Of a stretch of 64,000 nucleotides of DNA, positions 9,182 through 17,634 are shown piece after piece. Every line of letters starts with the position of its first letter. Within the stretch, counting starts at the first letter, position 1. This DNA comes from Candidatus Subterrananammoxibius californiae (GTDB lineage: Bacteria > Planctomycetota > Brocadiia > Brocadiales > Subterrananammoxibiaceae), in assembly GCA_030586555.1 (NCBI GenBank), contig JAURAC010000017.1, positions 8,061 to 72,060 of the forward strand. Reading direction: 5' to 3'. The notes below the pieces were generated by a model that worked only from the letters and a program-made list of their open reading frames with translations, had not been told where the DNA came from and searched no databases. The position numbers and the translations under genes were made by a program.

Positions 9182-10597
9182 CTACAGACTCCTCGGTTCT
9201 GTCATATATGCCGGTGATAGGATTTCGTTCAGCCTCGTTTCTGTGAGTAATCCTTTCTCCAATACAATATCTCTAATAGACCTTCCTGTTCTCAGGGATT
9301 CTTTAGCAACCTCTGCCGCCTTTGCATAGCCAATGTACGGATTTAGAGCCGTTGCTATTCCCATGGTATTCATTGCAAAAAACTCACATCTTTCAACATT
9401 TGCAGTTATACCATTAACGCACCTATCAGTAAAGACCTTTAGTGCATTTTTGAGGATTTCGATGGATTCAAGCAGTTTATACTGCGTCACTGGCATCATT
9501 ACATTTAATTCCAATTGACCCGCCTGGGCTGCCATCGTAATGGTGAGGTCATTGCCAATCACAGCGAAGCAGACCATCGCTAACATCTCCGCCATTACAG
9601 GATTCACCTTGCCGGGCATAATGGATGAGCCTGGTTGAAGAGGGGGGAGGTTTATTTCGGCAAGCCCTGTCCTGGGACCGGAGGACAAAAGGCGCAGGTC
9701 ATTGGAGATTCGGATAAGTTCAACCGCAAGACTTTTTAGCGCCCCGGACACCTCTATAAAACATGCATTACTCTGCATGGCTTCAAAGCGGTTCGCTGCC
9801 TTCCTTAAATCCAGGCCTGTAATCTTACGTAAAGCCTTAACCATCTCATCGGCATACTCGGGATAGGTATTAAGTCCTGTCCCCGCGGCGCTTCCGCCGA
9901 TACCCAATTCCTTCAACGATTCGCAAGCCCTTTTTATCCTTTCTGTTGATTTGGAAATGGCTTCAGCATATCCCGAAAACTCTTGACCGAACCTTATGGG
10001 AACGGCGTCCTGCAAGTGGGTTCTGCCTGACTTTATGATTCCGTCGAACTCCTCAGCCTTTTTATGAAAGGCATTTGCAAGCTCGTCAAGGGCTGGAAAC
10101 AGTTCTTTAAGAAGCAGAAGCGCGGCGATTCGCATTGCGGTTGGGTACACATCGTTTGTGGATTGGCCATAATTGACGTGGTCATTTGGATGAACAACGG
10201 AATAATCGCCCTTCTTTCCTCTTAAAGACTCAATTGCTATATTTGCCAGCACCTCATTAACGTTCATGTGGTGAGAGACGCCTGCCCCAGCCTGAAAGAC
10301 GTCCACCACAAACTGGTCTTGTAAGGGCGATTCACGAATCGCCCCTACAGAATTAATCACCCTGTCCGCCGCTTTGATAATTGCGGTGCCTATTGCTTTA
10401 GTCAGTCGCCCATTTGCTGTATTAACCTCAGCGGCAGCCTTTTTTATATATATCGTTGCCAGAATGAAGACTCGATGAGGCTTAATACCGCTTATAGGGA
10501 AATTCAAAAGAGCCCTTGCCGTCTGTGCTCCGTAGTAAGCGTCTAACGGCACTTCCACTTCACCCAGAGAATCTTTCTCTATCCTTATAGCTGTCAT
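9182..10597 (-). CDS. aspA: Aspartate ammonia-lyase
   Basis: RIEKDSLG, HPNDHVNYGQSTND, KSGRTHLQDA, GSSIMPGKVNP; start moved to the second Met because the upstream extension is repeat-derived. Confidence 0.9.
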   Translation of the reverse strand: MTAIRIEKDSLGEVEVPLDAYYGAQTARALLNFPISGIKPHRVFILATIYIKKAAAEVNTANGRLTKAIGTAIIKAADRVINSVGAIRESPLQDQFVVDVFQAGAGVSHHMNVNEVLANIAIESLRGKKGDYSVVHPNDHVNYGQSTNDVYPTAMRIAALLLLKELFPALDELANAFHKKAEEFDGIIKSGRTHLQDAVPIRFGQEFSGYAEAISKSTERIKRACESLKELGIGGSAAGTGLNTYPEYADEMVKALRKITGLDLRKAANRFEAMQSNACFIEVSGALKSLAVELIRISNDLRLLSSGPRTGLAEINLPPLQPGSSIMPGKVNPVMAEMLAMVCFAVIGNDLTITMAAQAGQLELNVMMPVTQYKLLESIEILKNALKVFTDRCVNGITANVERCEFFAMNTMGIATALNPYIGYAKAAEVAKESLRTGRSIRDIVLEKGLLTETRLNEILSPAYMTEPRSL

Positions 10598-10609
10598 AGA
10601 GCTTTGTGA

Positions 10610-10639
10610 CACGGACAAACAAGTTTGTCCATGCCACCC
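10610..10639. repeat. GGGTGGCAYGGACAAAC...TTTGTCCGTG palindromic repeat; also 17712-17742, 18978-19008, 55889-55919, 63019-63049 (inverted)
   Basis: Five near-identical ~30 bp copies read directly. Confidence 0.9.
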
Positions 10640-10662
10640 TGTTTTTTAAAAAGGCGAGTCAG

Positions 10663-10860
10663 TTATTTTATGGTGCAATATAAATTGACATCGTAAACCT
10701 GTTCACAACTGGGACATTTTAGCCGAATCTTTGCATTGTTGACTTCCTTCGCGCCAATCCGCTCGATAAAAACGTGGAAGCTGCCTTTATAATCGCAGCT
10801 TTCGCAATGCTCGAATGTCCCCACTATGTCCTTCTTTTTTACCTTGCCACCCATTTTCAA
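10663..10860 (-). CDS. Small zinc-ribbon protein
   Basis: CESC...FHV...CPSC; SD GGGGAGG. Confidence 0.7.
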   Translation of the reverse strand: MKMGGKVKKKDIVGTFEHCESCDYKGSFHVFIERIGAKEVNNAKIRLKCPSCEQVYDVNLYCTIK

Positions 10861-10881
10861 CCTCCCCTGGTTTTACGAACG

Positions 10882-11238
10882 TTACTGGGGTAATGGCTTT
10901 AGACTAAAATCACCATCTGTTTCTACAAGTGCAAATTTCTGGCAGCATACAGGACACCGTTCTTCATTTCCAACAAAGGGACTCTTTCCAAAGTCAATGC
11001 CCCAGCCGCAAAGGGTACAATAGAGTATAACGTCATGGTCATCCTGTGCGATATTTTTTATTAACTTATCCATTGCATCTCTATGACCCCTTGCAGACCT
11101 TGAAAGATTATTAAACAGCGTCTGAACTGATGTATTTTGCGCCGCTAATGCGAACTTGTTGTAAAGACGTTCCTGTTCGACCTCAGATGCTACGTCATCT
11201 TCAAGGAACTTCAATATTGTCTTGAACCCTTCTCTCAT
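10882..11238 (-). CDS. Half ferritin-like helical hairpin fused to a rubredoxin/zinc-ribbon domain
   Basis: SEVEQERLY...LFNNLSRSARGH, then CTLCG...CPVC. Confidence 0.7.
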   Translation of the reverse strand: MREGFKTILKFLEDDVASEVEQERLYNKFALAAQNTSVQTLFNNLSRSARGHRDAMDKLIKNIAQDDHDVILYCTLCGWGIDFGKSPFVGNEERCPVCCQKFALVETDGDFSLKPLPQ

Positions 11239-11242
11239 GATT

Positions 11243-11440
11243 TTATCCCTTCATTCTCTCAAGTTGTTCTTCAATCTCCGCCTTGTGCATCATCTCATTA
11301 TGCAGAATGCCCTCAAGAAGGGCATTTATCTGTGGGTCATTAAATGCCCTTATCTGTTCTGTGTAAGAATGGATGGCAGTCTCTTTTTTCTGGAGCGCAG
11401 TCATGAGATTTTGGATATCTTTATCCTCGGATTTACCCAT
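11243..11440 (-). CDS. Half ferritin-like protein, 65 aa
   Basis: AIHSY...LLEGILHNEMMH (ExxH); SD AGGGAGGT before ATG 11440. Confidence 0.75.
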   Translation of the reverse strand: MGKSEDKDIQNLMTALQKKETAIHSYTEQIRAFNDPQINALLEGILHNEMMHKAEIEEQLERMKG

Positions 11441-11522
11441 AGTTACGACCTCCCTAATAAAGCAATGAGCGATGAGTGAAAAGCAATGAGTGATGGTACT
11501 CATTGCTCGTTGCCCAGTCCTC

Positions 11523-12101
11523 TTACTTTACTCTAACATTTACCTTCGCCCAATCAATGTTCTTGAAGAAAGCCTCAATGTAGTCAGCCCTCTTGAGCCC
11601 ATAATCAATCATGAAGGCATGCTCAAAGACATCCATGATTAATAACGGCGTGCAACCTGCTGGATGACCAACGTCATGCTCGTTAATCCAGCAGTTCATG
11701 AGCCTGCCGCTTGCCGGTTCTTGATAAAGTATAGCCCAACCTATCCCGCGCATTGCACCTGTGGACCTGAAGTCCTTTTCCCATGCTTCATAACCTCCAA
11801 AAGACTCGGTCATCTTCTTTGTTAGGATGCCTTTTTTGTCAATTCCCGATTTACCGCCAAGATTTTCGAAGTAAAGTTCGTGAAGCCTCATTCCATTAAA
11901 CTCCCACCCGAGCCTTCTTTTTAGTTCTGCATACTCCGGCGTTCCAACCTTGCCATCCTTAAGCATCTGGTCAAGGGTTTCAACAAGTTTATTCGTGTTT
12001 GTAACGTACCCTTGATACAGGGTAAAATGATTCTTAAGCAAAGTCTCACTAAATCCTTGCATCCCAATCAAACTGCCGTAGTCTTTTGCTGTGTAAGCCA
12101 T
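11523..12101 (-). CDS. Fe/Mn superoxide dismutase family protein (ChrC-like subgroup)
   Basis: NHFTLYQGY, FNGMRLHELYF, GIGWAIL, DVFEHAF. Confidence 0.9.
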   Translation of the reverse strand: MAYTAKDYGSLIGMQGFSETLLKNHFTLYQGYVTNTNKLVETLDQMLKDGKVGTPEYAELKRRLGWEFNGMRLHELYFENLGGKSGIDKKGILTKKMTESFGGYEAWEKDFRSTGAMRGIGWAILYQEPASGRLMNCWINEHDVGHPAGCTPLLIMDVFEHAFMIDYGLKRADYIEAFFKNIDWAKVNVRVK

Positions 12102-12213
12102 TTTAGTCTCCTTTCCTTATAGTAAATTAAAAATTAAAGACCAAAAATCAAAATGACATACCAAAGTCCAAAATTTAAATTTTGATTTTTGATATTTAAT
12201 ATCCATTGTAACG

Positions 12214-12696
12214 TTACAATTCCATCATCCATGGAATATCTTCGTCAGCAAACCTGATGGTTCTCTCTGAGGCGTACTGATATTCACCCTTAAATTGCTC
12301 TACATGGGATTGCTCCATTGTCGCTAACATCTCGAATACCTTTTTGTGTTCTGGTTCTGTTGTCTTTGATGCTGCATCCTTGTAAAATTTGTATGCACGC
12401 TGTTCTGTCTCCACAATTATTCCTATAATATCCTGAAAATGCGCCTCCTTTCCTGGTTCCCTAATTTTTACTATTTCTGCATCCGTGGGCTCTGCTGAGA
12501 TTTGTGGCTCGTGCCCGCAGAGTTCGATGTACCAAGATTTAAGGAAATCGTAGTGTTTCTGTTCCGTTGCAGCCATTACCTCCAGTTTTAACCTTGCCCC
12601 CTTATCGTTCACCTGTAAAGCCATCTTTGAATAGAAATCCCTCGCTTTTCTTTCTTCTGCAATTGCCTTCTCTATGATTTTAAGAGTCGAGTTCAT
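12214..12696 (-). CDS. Rubrerythrin/ferritin-like diiron protein
   Basis: Two E..A..FY / ExxH halves (EQKH, EQSH). Confidence 0.85.
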   Translation of the reverse strand: MNSTLKIIEKAIAEERKARDFYSKMALQVNDKGARLKLEVMAATEQKHYDFLKSWYIELCGHEPQISAEPTDAEIVKIREPGKEAHFQDIIGIIVETEQRAYKFYKDAASKTTEPEHKKVFEMLATMEQSHVEQFKGEYQYASERTIRFADEDIPWMMEL

Positions 12697-12722
12697 TTTA
12701 ATCCTCAAGGGTCAGCAAAAGG

Positions 12723-12828
12723 TGTCATTGCGAGTACCCTCTTCTTGTCATTTTGTCATTGCGAGCGTTAGCGAAGCAATCCCATTTTTGAGATTGCCAA
12801 GCCCGCCTCAGGCGGGCTTGCAATGACA
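12723..12828. repeat. TGTCATTGCGAG...GCAATGACA palindromic element; related copies about 22255-22358 and 53510-53670
   Basis: Terminal inverted repeats and GCGAAGCAATC/GAGATTGC stem; nested CCGCCTCAGGCGG. Confidence 0.8.
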
Positions 12829-12830
12829 GT

Positions 12831-13838
12831 TCAAGGTAATGCAGGTGGCGTAATATTTAGCGGTTCGCCAGTCAATGCCTTCATGAATTCTTCCAGGTCT
12901 TGCTTTTCCTGCTGGGTGAGATTAAGGCGTTTCATTTCTTTATCCTTATTAGGGTCCCTGCCACCGCCCTGGTCATAGAATTCTATTACCTCCATAAGCG
13001 TGCGCATGAAGCCGTTACGCAAATAAGGCGCCGTTTCTACAACACTGCGCAAGGTGGGGGTCTTGAATGCACCCATATCTGCCTCATTCTTTGTTACAGC
13101 GTACCTCCCGACATCAGGGGGCTTGTTCGGGTCTAAAGAGGGAAGACCCAGGTTATGGAACTTATCATCAGTAAAATTTGGTCCGTTGTGGCATACAATG
13201 CACCTTGCCTTTTTGTTAAACAGTTTCATGCCCCTTATCGCAGATTCACTCATAGCGGTTTTGTCACCCTTCATGTATTTATCAAAGGAGCAATTCGTTG
13301 AGATGATGGTGCGCTCAAAGGCAGCAATAGCCTTGGCGATTACCTCTGAGGTTATTTCCGTTCCAAAGATTTCCTTTGATTGCCTGACATATTCTGGAAT
13401 TGCACTTAATTCTGCGACAAGCTTGTTTAAATCCTCGTGCATTTCAACTGGGTTCTGGACAGGTCCCAATGCCTGTTCCTCTAAAGTTGCTGCCCTGCCG
13501 TCCCAGAATTGAAACTTATTGTAAGCTGTGTTATATACGGTGGGTGTATTCCTTCCACCTTCATCTGTAAGGTCAGGACCTCCTTTTGCAAACGGCTGTC
13601 CATTACTGAAGCCGAGGCTGGGAAGATGGCAGGTAGCGCAACTTATCTTGTTATTACCTGAAAGCCGAGGGTCAAAATAAAGCTGCTTGCCAAAGTCAAT
13701 CTTTGCCTGCGTCTGCGGATTATCCGCCGGGATGGGAACAGGAGTAAGAGGACCTATAGGTGGAAATTTAGGACCGAAGAGGGAAAAAGCGACTAATGAT
13801 GATGCTATAATGGCTATGAATATCATAATGTACCTCAT
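12831..13838 (-). CDS. Di-heme cytochrome c peroxidase (CcP/MauG family)
   Basis: CATCH and CIVCH, RNTPT, QFWDGRA, FKTPTLR; signal peptide. Confidence 0.92.
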   Translation of the reverse strand: MRYIMIFIAIIASSLVAFSLFGPKFPPIGPLTPVPIPADNPQTQAKIDFGKQLYFDPRLSGNNKISCATCHLPSLGFSNGQPFAKGGPDLTDEGGRNTPTVYNTAYNKFQFWDGRAATLEEQALGPVQNPVEMHEDLNKLVAELSAIPEYVRQSKEIFGTEITSEVIAKAIAAFERTIISTNCSFDKYMKGDKTAMSESAIRGMKLFNKKARCIVCHNGPNFTDDKFHNLGLPSLDPNKPPDVGRYAVTKNEADMGAFKTPTLRSVVETAPYLRNGFMRTLMEVIEFYDQGGGRDPNKDKEMKRLNLTQQEKQDLEEFMKALTGEPLNITPPALP

Positions 13839-13901
13839 ATACCTCCTTTCATTAACTACAGGTTATGGGTCATAGGGTTTTTACCCACTGCCTATTACCT
13901 A

Positions 13902-14252
13902 TCACCTACGACCTCTTTTTGATGCAAACGACCTAACAAATTTTGCCACAGCCATCATCTCTTCAGGAGTAAGTTCACCCTTCCAGCTTGGCATCTTTCC
14001 CTTGCCGTAAGTTATGGCGTGCAAAAATTCAGTATCACTTACCCAGTCTTGCCAGCTTGCATCCGTAAAATCAGGAACCCCAAGTGCCTTTCCACGCGTA
14101 GTTCCCTTACCATCTTCGCCATGACATTTCTCACAATTATTCCTGTATACCTTGATTGCATCAATCTTGCCAGCGCTTTCTCCAGGAAAAGAAAACACAA
14201 AGAAAAGAAATATTGGAATGGTAATGAAAAACGTTAATTTTTTTGATTCCAT
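13902..14252 (-). CDS. Monoheme class I cytochrome c
   Basis: CEKCH, KMPSW distal Met, signal peptide; SD GAGGA before ATG 14252. Confidence 0.9.
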   Translation of the reverse strand: MESKKLTFFITIPIFLFFVFSFPGESAGKIDAIKVYRNNCEKCHGEDGKGTTRGKALGVPDFTDASWQDWVSDTEFLHAITYGKGKMPSWKGELTPEEMMAVAKFVRSFASKRGRR

Positions 14253-14271
14253 GGAGTAGTCCTCAAGGGTT

Positions 14272-14299
14272 AAAAGCACGTTCTACCGAACGTGCTTTT
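14272..14299. terminator. Perfect hairpin between the two cytochrome genes
   Basis: AAAAGCACGTTC-tacc-GAACGTGCTTTT. Confidence 0.6.
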
Positions 14300-14352
14300 T
14301 ACCAACCATTTTCCCTTGTTCTCAAGGTAATCATCAAGAAAAAATATACGAG

Positions 14353-14718
14353 TTATTTCTTCTTAGAAAATGCCCTGACAAATGGTATGAGCGCCTTTAT
14401 CTCCTCCTGGGTCAGCTTATCACCAAAACCAAACATTCTTTTGTCTTCGCCTGGCTTAAGGTTCTGCGAACCTTCGTTAATCTGTTTCATCATCTGCTCA
14501 TCCGTTATAGTAGCTTCCCACTTTGAATCGGTAAAATCCCTGGCACCAAGCCCCTCGCCTAAGAAGGTCTTACCCTTGCCATCATCTCCATGGCATAGCT
14601 TGCAATGCTTCTCAAAAAGAGCTTTTGCATCTATTTCGGCAAATGACTCAGCAACTCTAAAGGATACGAAAAAGGCAAAAACAGTTATTGTAATACATAT
14701 TAGATAAAGTTTCTTCAT
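14353..14718 (-). CDS. Monoheme class I cytochrome c (paralog)
   Basis: CKLCH, RMFGF, signal peptide. Confidence 0.9.
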   Translation of the reverse strand: MKKLYLICITITVFAFFVSFRVAESFAEIDAKALFEKHCKLCHGDDGKGKTFLGEGLGARDFTDSKWEATITDEQMMKQINEGSQNLKPGEDKRMFGFGDKLTQEEIKALIPFVRAFSKKK

Positions 14719-14948
14719 TTTTAAATTCTCCTTTTCATAAACACAAAATCCTATTACCCGAATACAAAATTACAATTTTTGTGCTTAAGCTCTTATGGGT
14801 ATCACCTCCTTATCTACCTTTATCGCATTTACCGGGCGTTCAGGTGAAAAGTAACTCCTTCGAACTCGCTTTTCACCCTCCGCATCTTTTCGGTTTAACT
14901 ACGTTGTTGGATGTTAAATCTAACTTTTAAGATTCAAAAATTATACCA

Positions 14949-16958
14949 CTAAATTTTAAGCCCCGACTCGAATCCCTCATGCACTGCTTCAAAGGCCGTT
15001 CTAACATTAACACAATCACCTACAGCGTACACCTCTGGAATTCTCCTGTTAAGTTGAGAGTCGAGTTTTTTATCAGGTACATAGCCAACAGCAATTACCA
15101 CCGTATCAGCCTTGATGAACTGCTTCTTACCGTTCCTTTCGATAGTTATTCCCGACCCTCGACTCCCGGACTCTATTTCCTTTACCTTTACATTGGTTAA
15201 GGATTTTACTCCCGCCTCTTCCATCTCCTTAAGTATCACCCATCTGGTTGATGGCCCAAAGCCACCGCCAATCCTGGGTTTCATTTCAAGCACAGTAATA
15301 TTCTTTTGTCCCCTCGTTACGTGCTTTATTACCGTTCGCTTGTCAAGTACATTGTGCCTTAAAAGGAACATCGCAACTTCGGGAGACATAGCGCCCATCC
15401 TGGCGATATGCAAAGCAGTCTCACAGCCTACCGTCCCGCCACCAATGATAACAACATCTTTACCGACCCCGGCAGTACCATTAAGCACATCCTGTGCAAG
15501 GCAAACATTTTTCCCTTCTATCCCTGAAATATCAGGGATAATCGGCTTTGAACCCACTGCAATAACTAAGGCATCCGGGTTTTCGCTAACAATAGTACGA
15601 ATGTCTGCTTTATTTTGAAGATTTATTTTTACCCCTATTTTTTTTATTTGTGTCTCAAGAAAGTTGATGACGTTCTGGAATTCTTCGCGCCCTGGTGGAA
15701 TCCAGGCATATTTGAGTTGACCACCTAATTTGTCGTCCTTTTCATACAACGTAACACTGTGTCCTCTCAGCGCGGCTACCCTCGCTGCCTCCATTCCTGC
15801 AGGACCGCCCCCGATTACTAATACCTTTTTCTTTTGTTTTGCAAGTCTTATCTTATATTCCCCCTCCTTTCCAGCCTGTGCATTATAAAGGCAAGAAACA
15901 GGACGGAGTTTCAGAACATTATCAAAACAGCCCTGATTGCAAGCTATGCATGTCCTTATATCTTCAACTTTGCCGAGCCTGTATTTATTTGGCATTTCAG
16001 GGTCGGCGATTAATGGCCTTCCAAGCGAGATTAAATCTGCCTGCTCATTTGCAATGATTTCTTCAGCAAGTGAGAGATTGTTTATCCTTATAGAACCTAT
16101 CACTGGAACGCTGGTGTTCTGCTTTATTGATTCGGCAAGAAATATGTATGGCATTCTCGGGATTGCCATAAGCATTATTGGCGTCGTACTTTCATGCCAG
16201 CCGGGGGAAACATTGAAGGCATCCACACCAACCTTTTCAAGTTCCTTAGCTATAATAATATTTTCCTCAATCCTATTACTACCAGCCACAAGGTCATCAC
16301 CCGGAATACGGAAGATGATAGGAAACTCTCTGCCTACCTTTTTCTTTACCGCAATAATTACTTCTCTGGCAAAATTGATTCTTTTTTGTAGTGTGCCGCC
16401 ATATCGGTCTTTTCGTTTGTTTGTAATTGGGGAAAGGAATTGATTGATAAGGTATCCCATCCCGCCGTGAATTTCAATGGCATCAAAGCCCGCCTTCTTC
16501 GCTCTGAGTGAGGCTGAGGCATACCCCTCGATTACCTTCTTTATCTCTGCTTGGGTTAGCACATGTGGCACTTCTTTACTGAGTCTGCCTGTAACATTTG
16601 AGGGGGCAACGGGCTGCATCTTGGTAAAGAAAGAAAGGGCATCTCTTCCAGCATGCAGGATTTGTGCTGCTATCCGAGCCTTGTGTTTATGAACTGCATC
16701 CGTCAATCTTCTGAGGTCAGGGATAAATTCGTCATTTTCAAGGCTGATTATGCTTTTCCATACCTTGCCATTCAACTCAGGATAACAACCGCCGACAACG
16801 ATTAAACCCACCCCACCCTTTGCCCGCTCCCTGTAGAAATCAATTAGCCTGTCGTTGACACGACCATTGGTTGTAAAGCCGAGGTCCATAGCAGACATGG
16901 CAATCCTGTTTTTCAGCTCAAGCGAACCGATTTTTATCTTTTCAAATAATCTTTTCAT
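14949..16958 (-). CDS. NADH:flavin oxidoreductase / 2,4-dienoyl-CoA reductase (FadH-like)
   Basis: OYE barrel (HGGMGYLINQFLSP), CIACNQGC Fe-S motif, two GxGxxG motifs. Confidence 0.9.
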   Translation of the reverse strand: MKRLFEKIKIGSLELKNRIAMSAMDLGFTTNGRVNDRLIDFYRERAKGGVGLIVVGGCYPELNGKVWKSIISLENDEFIPDLRRLTDAVHKHKARIAAQILHAGRDALSFFTKMQPVAPSNVTGRLSKEVPHVLTQAEIKKVIEGYASASLRAKKAGFDAIEIHGGMGYLINQFLSPITNKRKDRYGGTLQKRINFAREVIIAVKKKVGREFPIIFRIPGDDLVAGSNRIEENIIIAKELEKVGVDAFNVSPGWHESTTPIMLMAIPRMPYIFLAESIKQNTSVPVIGSIRINNLSLAEEIIANEQADLISLGRPLIADPEMPNKYRLGKVEDIRTCIACNQGCFDNVLKLRPVSCLYNAQAGKEGEYKIRLAKQKKKVLVIGGGPAGMEAARVAALRGHSVTLYEKDDKLGGQLKYAWIPPGREEFQNVINFLETQIKKIGVKINLQNKADIRTIVSENPDALVIAVGSKPIIPDISGIEGKNVCLAQDVLNGTAGVGKDVVIIGGGTVGCETALHIARMGAMSPEVAMFLLRHNVLDKRTVIKHVTRGQKNITVLEMKPRIGGGFGPSTRWVILKEMEEAGVKSLTNVKVKEIESGSRGSGITIERNGKKQFIKADTVVIAVGYVPDKKLDSQLNRRIPEVYAVGDCVNVRTAFEAVHEGFESGLKI

Positions 16959-16964
16959 TCCTGA

Positions 16965-17184
16965 TTATTCTTTTAACCATTCTTCCCTGCTTACTTCTGC
17001 CTGTTTTAATAACCGTCTCAAGAAACCTACACCAATATCACCCTCATGTTCATTAGGTATAATTAGTGTCAATTTCCCACGCTTCATTTTAGGATGCTTC
17101 CCGCCAAAGAAAGGACCCGCAAAACCAAGTTTTTGCAATTTTCTGACAAATTCTTTCCATAGAAACAGGGGAGAGTTTTGACAT
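16965..17184 (-). pseudogene. hicA: hicA toxin with a +1 frameshift after codon 8
   Basis: MSKLSPVS-(extra A at 17160)-WKEFVRKLQKLGFAGPFFGGKHPKM...IIPNEHEGDIGVGFLRRLLKQA; aligns with the intact hicA at 26569-26787. Confidence 0.8.
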
Positions 17185-17186
17185 AT

Positions 17187-17432
17187 TTATACCGATGTCA
17201 ACAGTTTATTCAAGTCAATATTACCCACGACAGGCAGTTCAAGGTTATTTTTAAGGCGGAATATCAACCATTCTTCAAGAGCATCTTTAAGCCATTTTCG
17301 ACATTCCTCCAGCGTTTCTGCTCTACCCCACACACCCTGAAAATCTGGTATTTCACCCCAGAATGTTCCCTCATCCTCTATAATTTCATAGTGAGCTAAT
17401 TTCATAGCCTCTTCTATATATTCTGTAAGCAT
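17187..17432 (-). CDS. hicB: HicB-family antitoxin
   Basis: GEIPDFQGVWGRAETLEEC...ALEEW. Confidence 0.9.
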   Translation of the reverse strand: MLTEYIEEAMKLAHYEIIEDEGTFWGEIPDFQGVWGRAETLEECRKWLKDALEEWLIFRLKNNLELPVVGNIDLNKLLTSV

Positions 17433-17634
17433 TTTGACCTCCTAATTTTTTCTTTTCAAACAATCTTTTCATTTCTCATCCCTGTACAAGGAAGTGAAAC
17501 GGAAAAAGTAAGACGGTAGACGAGCTTTTTCGTCTTACATCTCACGTCTCACGTTTTACTTCTTACTTCTGTCAACCCTTCCTCATAATAAACAAGTCTC
17601 TCTGTGCCTCTGTGTTTCAATTTGCATTTTGCAC

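Noticed and set aside
14790..14812. ATCACCTCCTTA as the 3' end of a 16S rRNA gene
   Set aside because: No other rRNA sequence around it; it is the complement of an SD-like motif.
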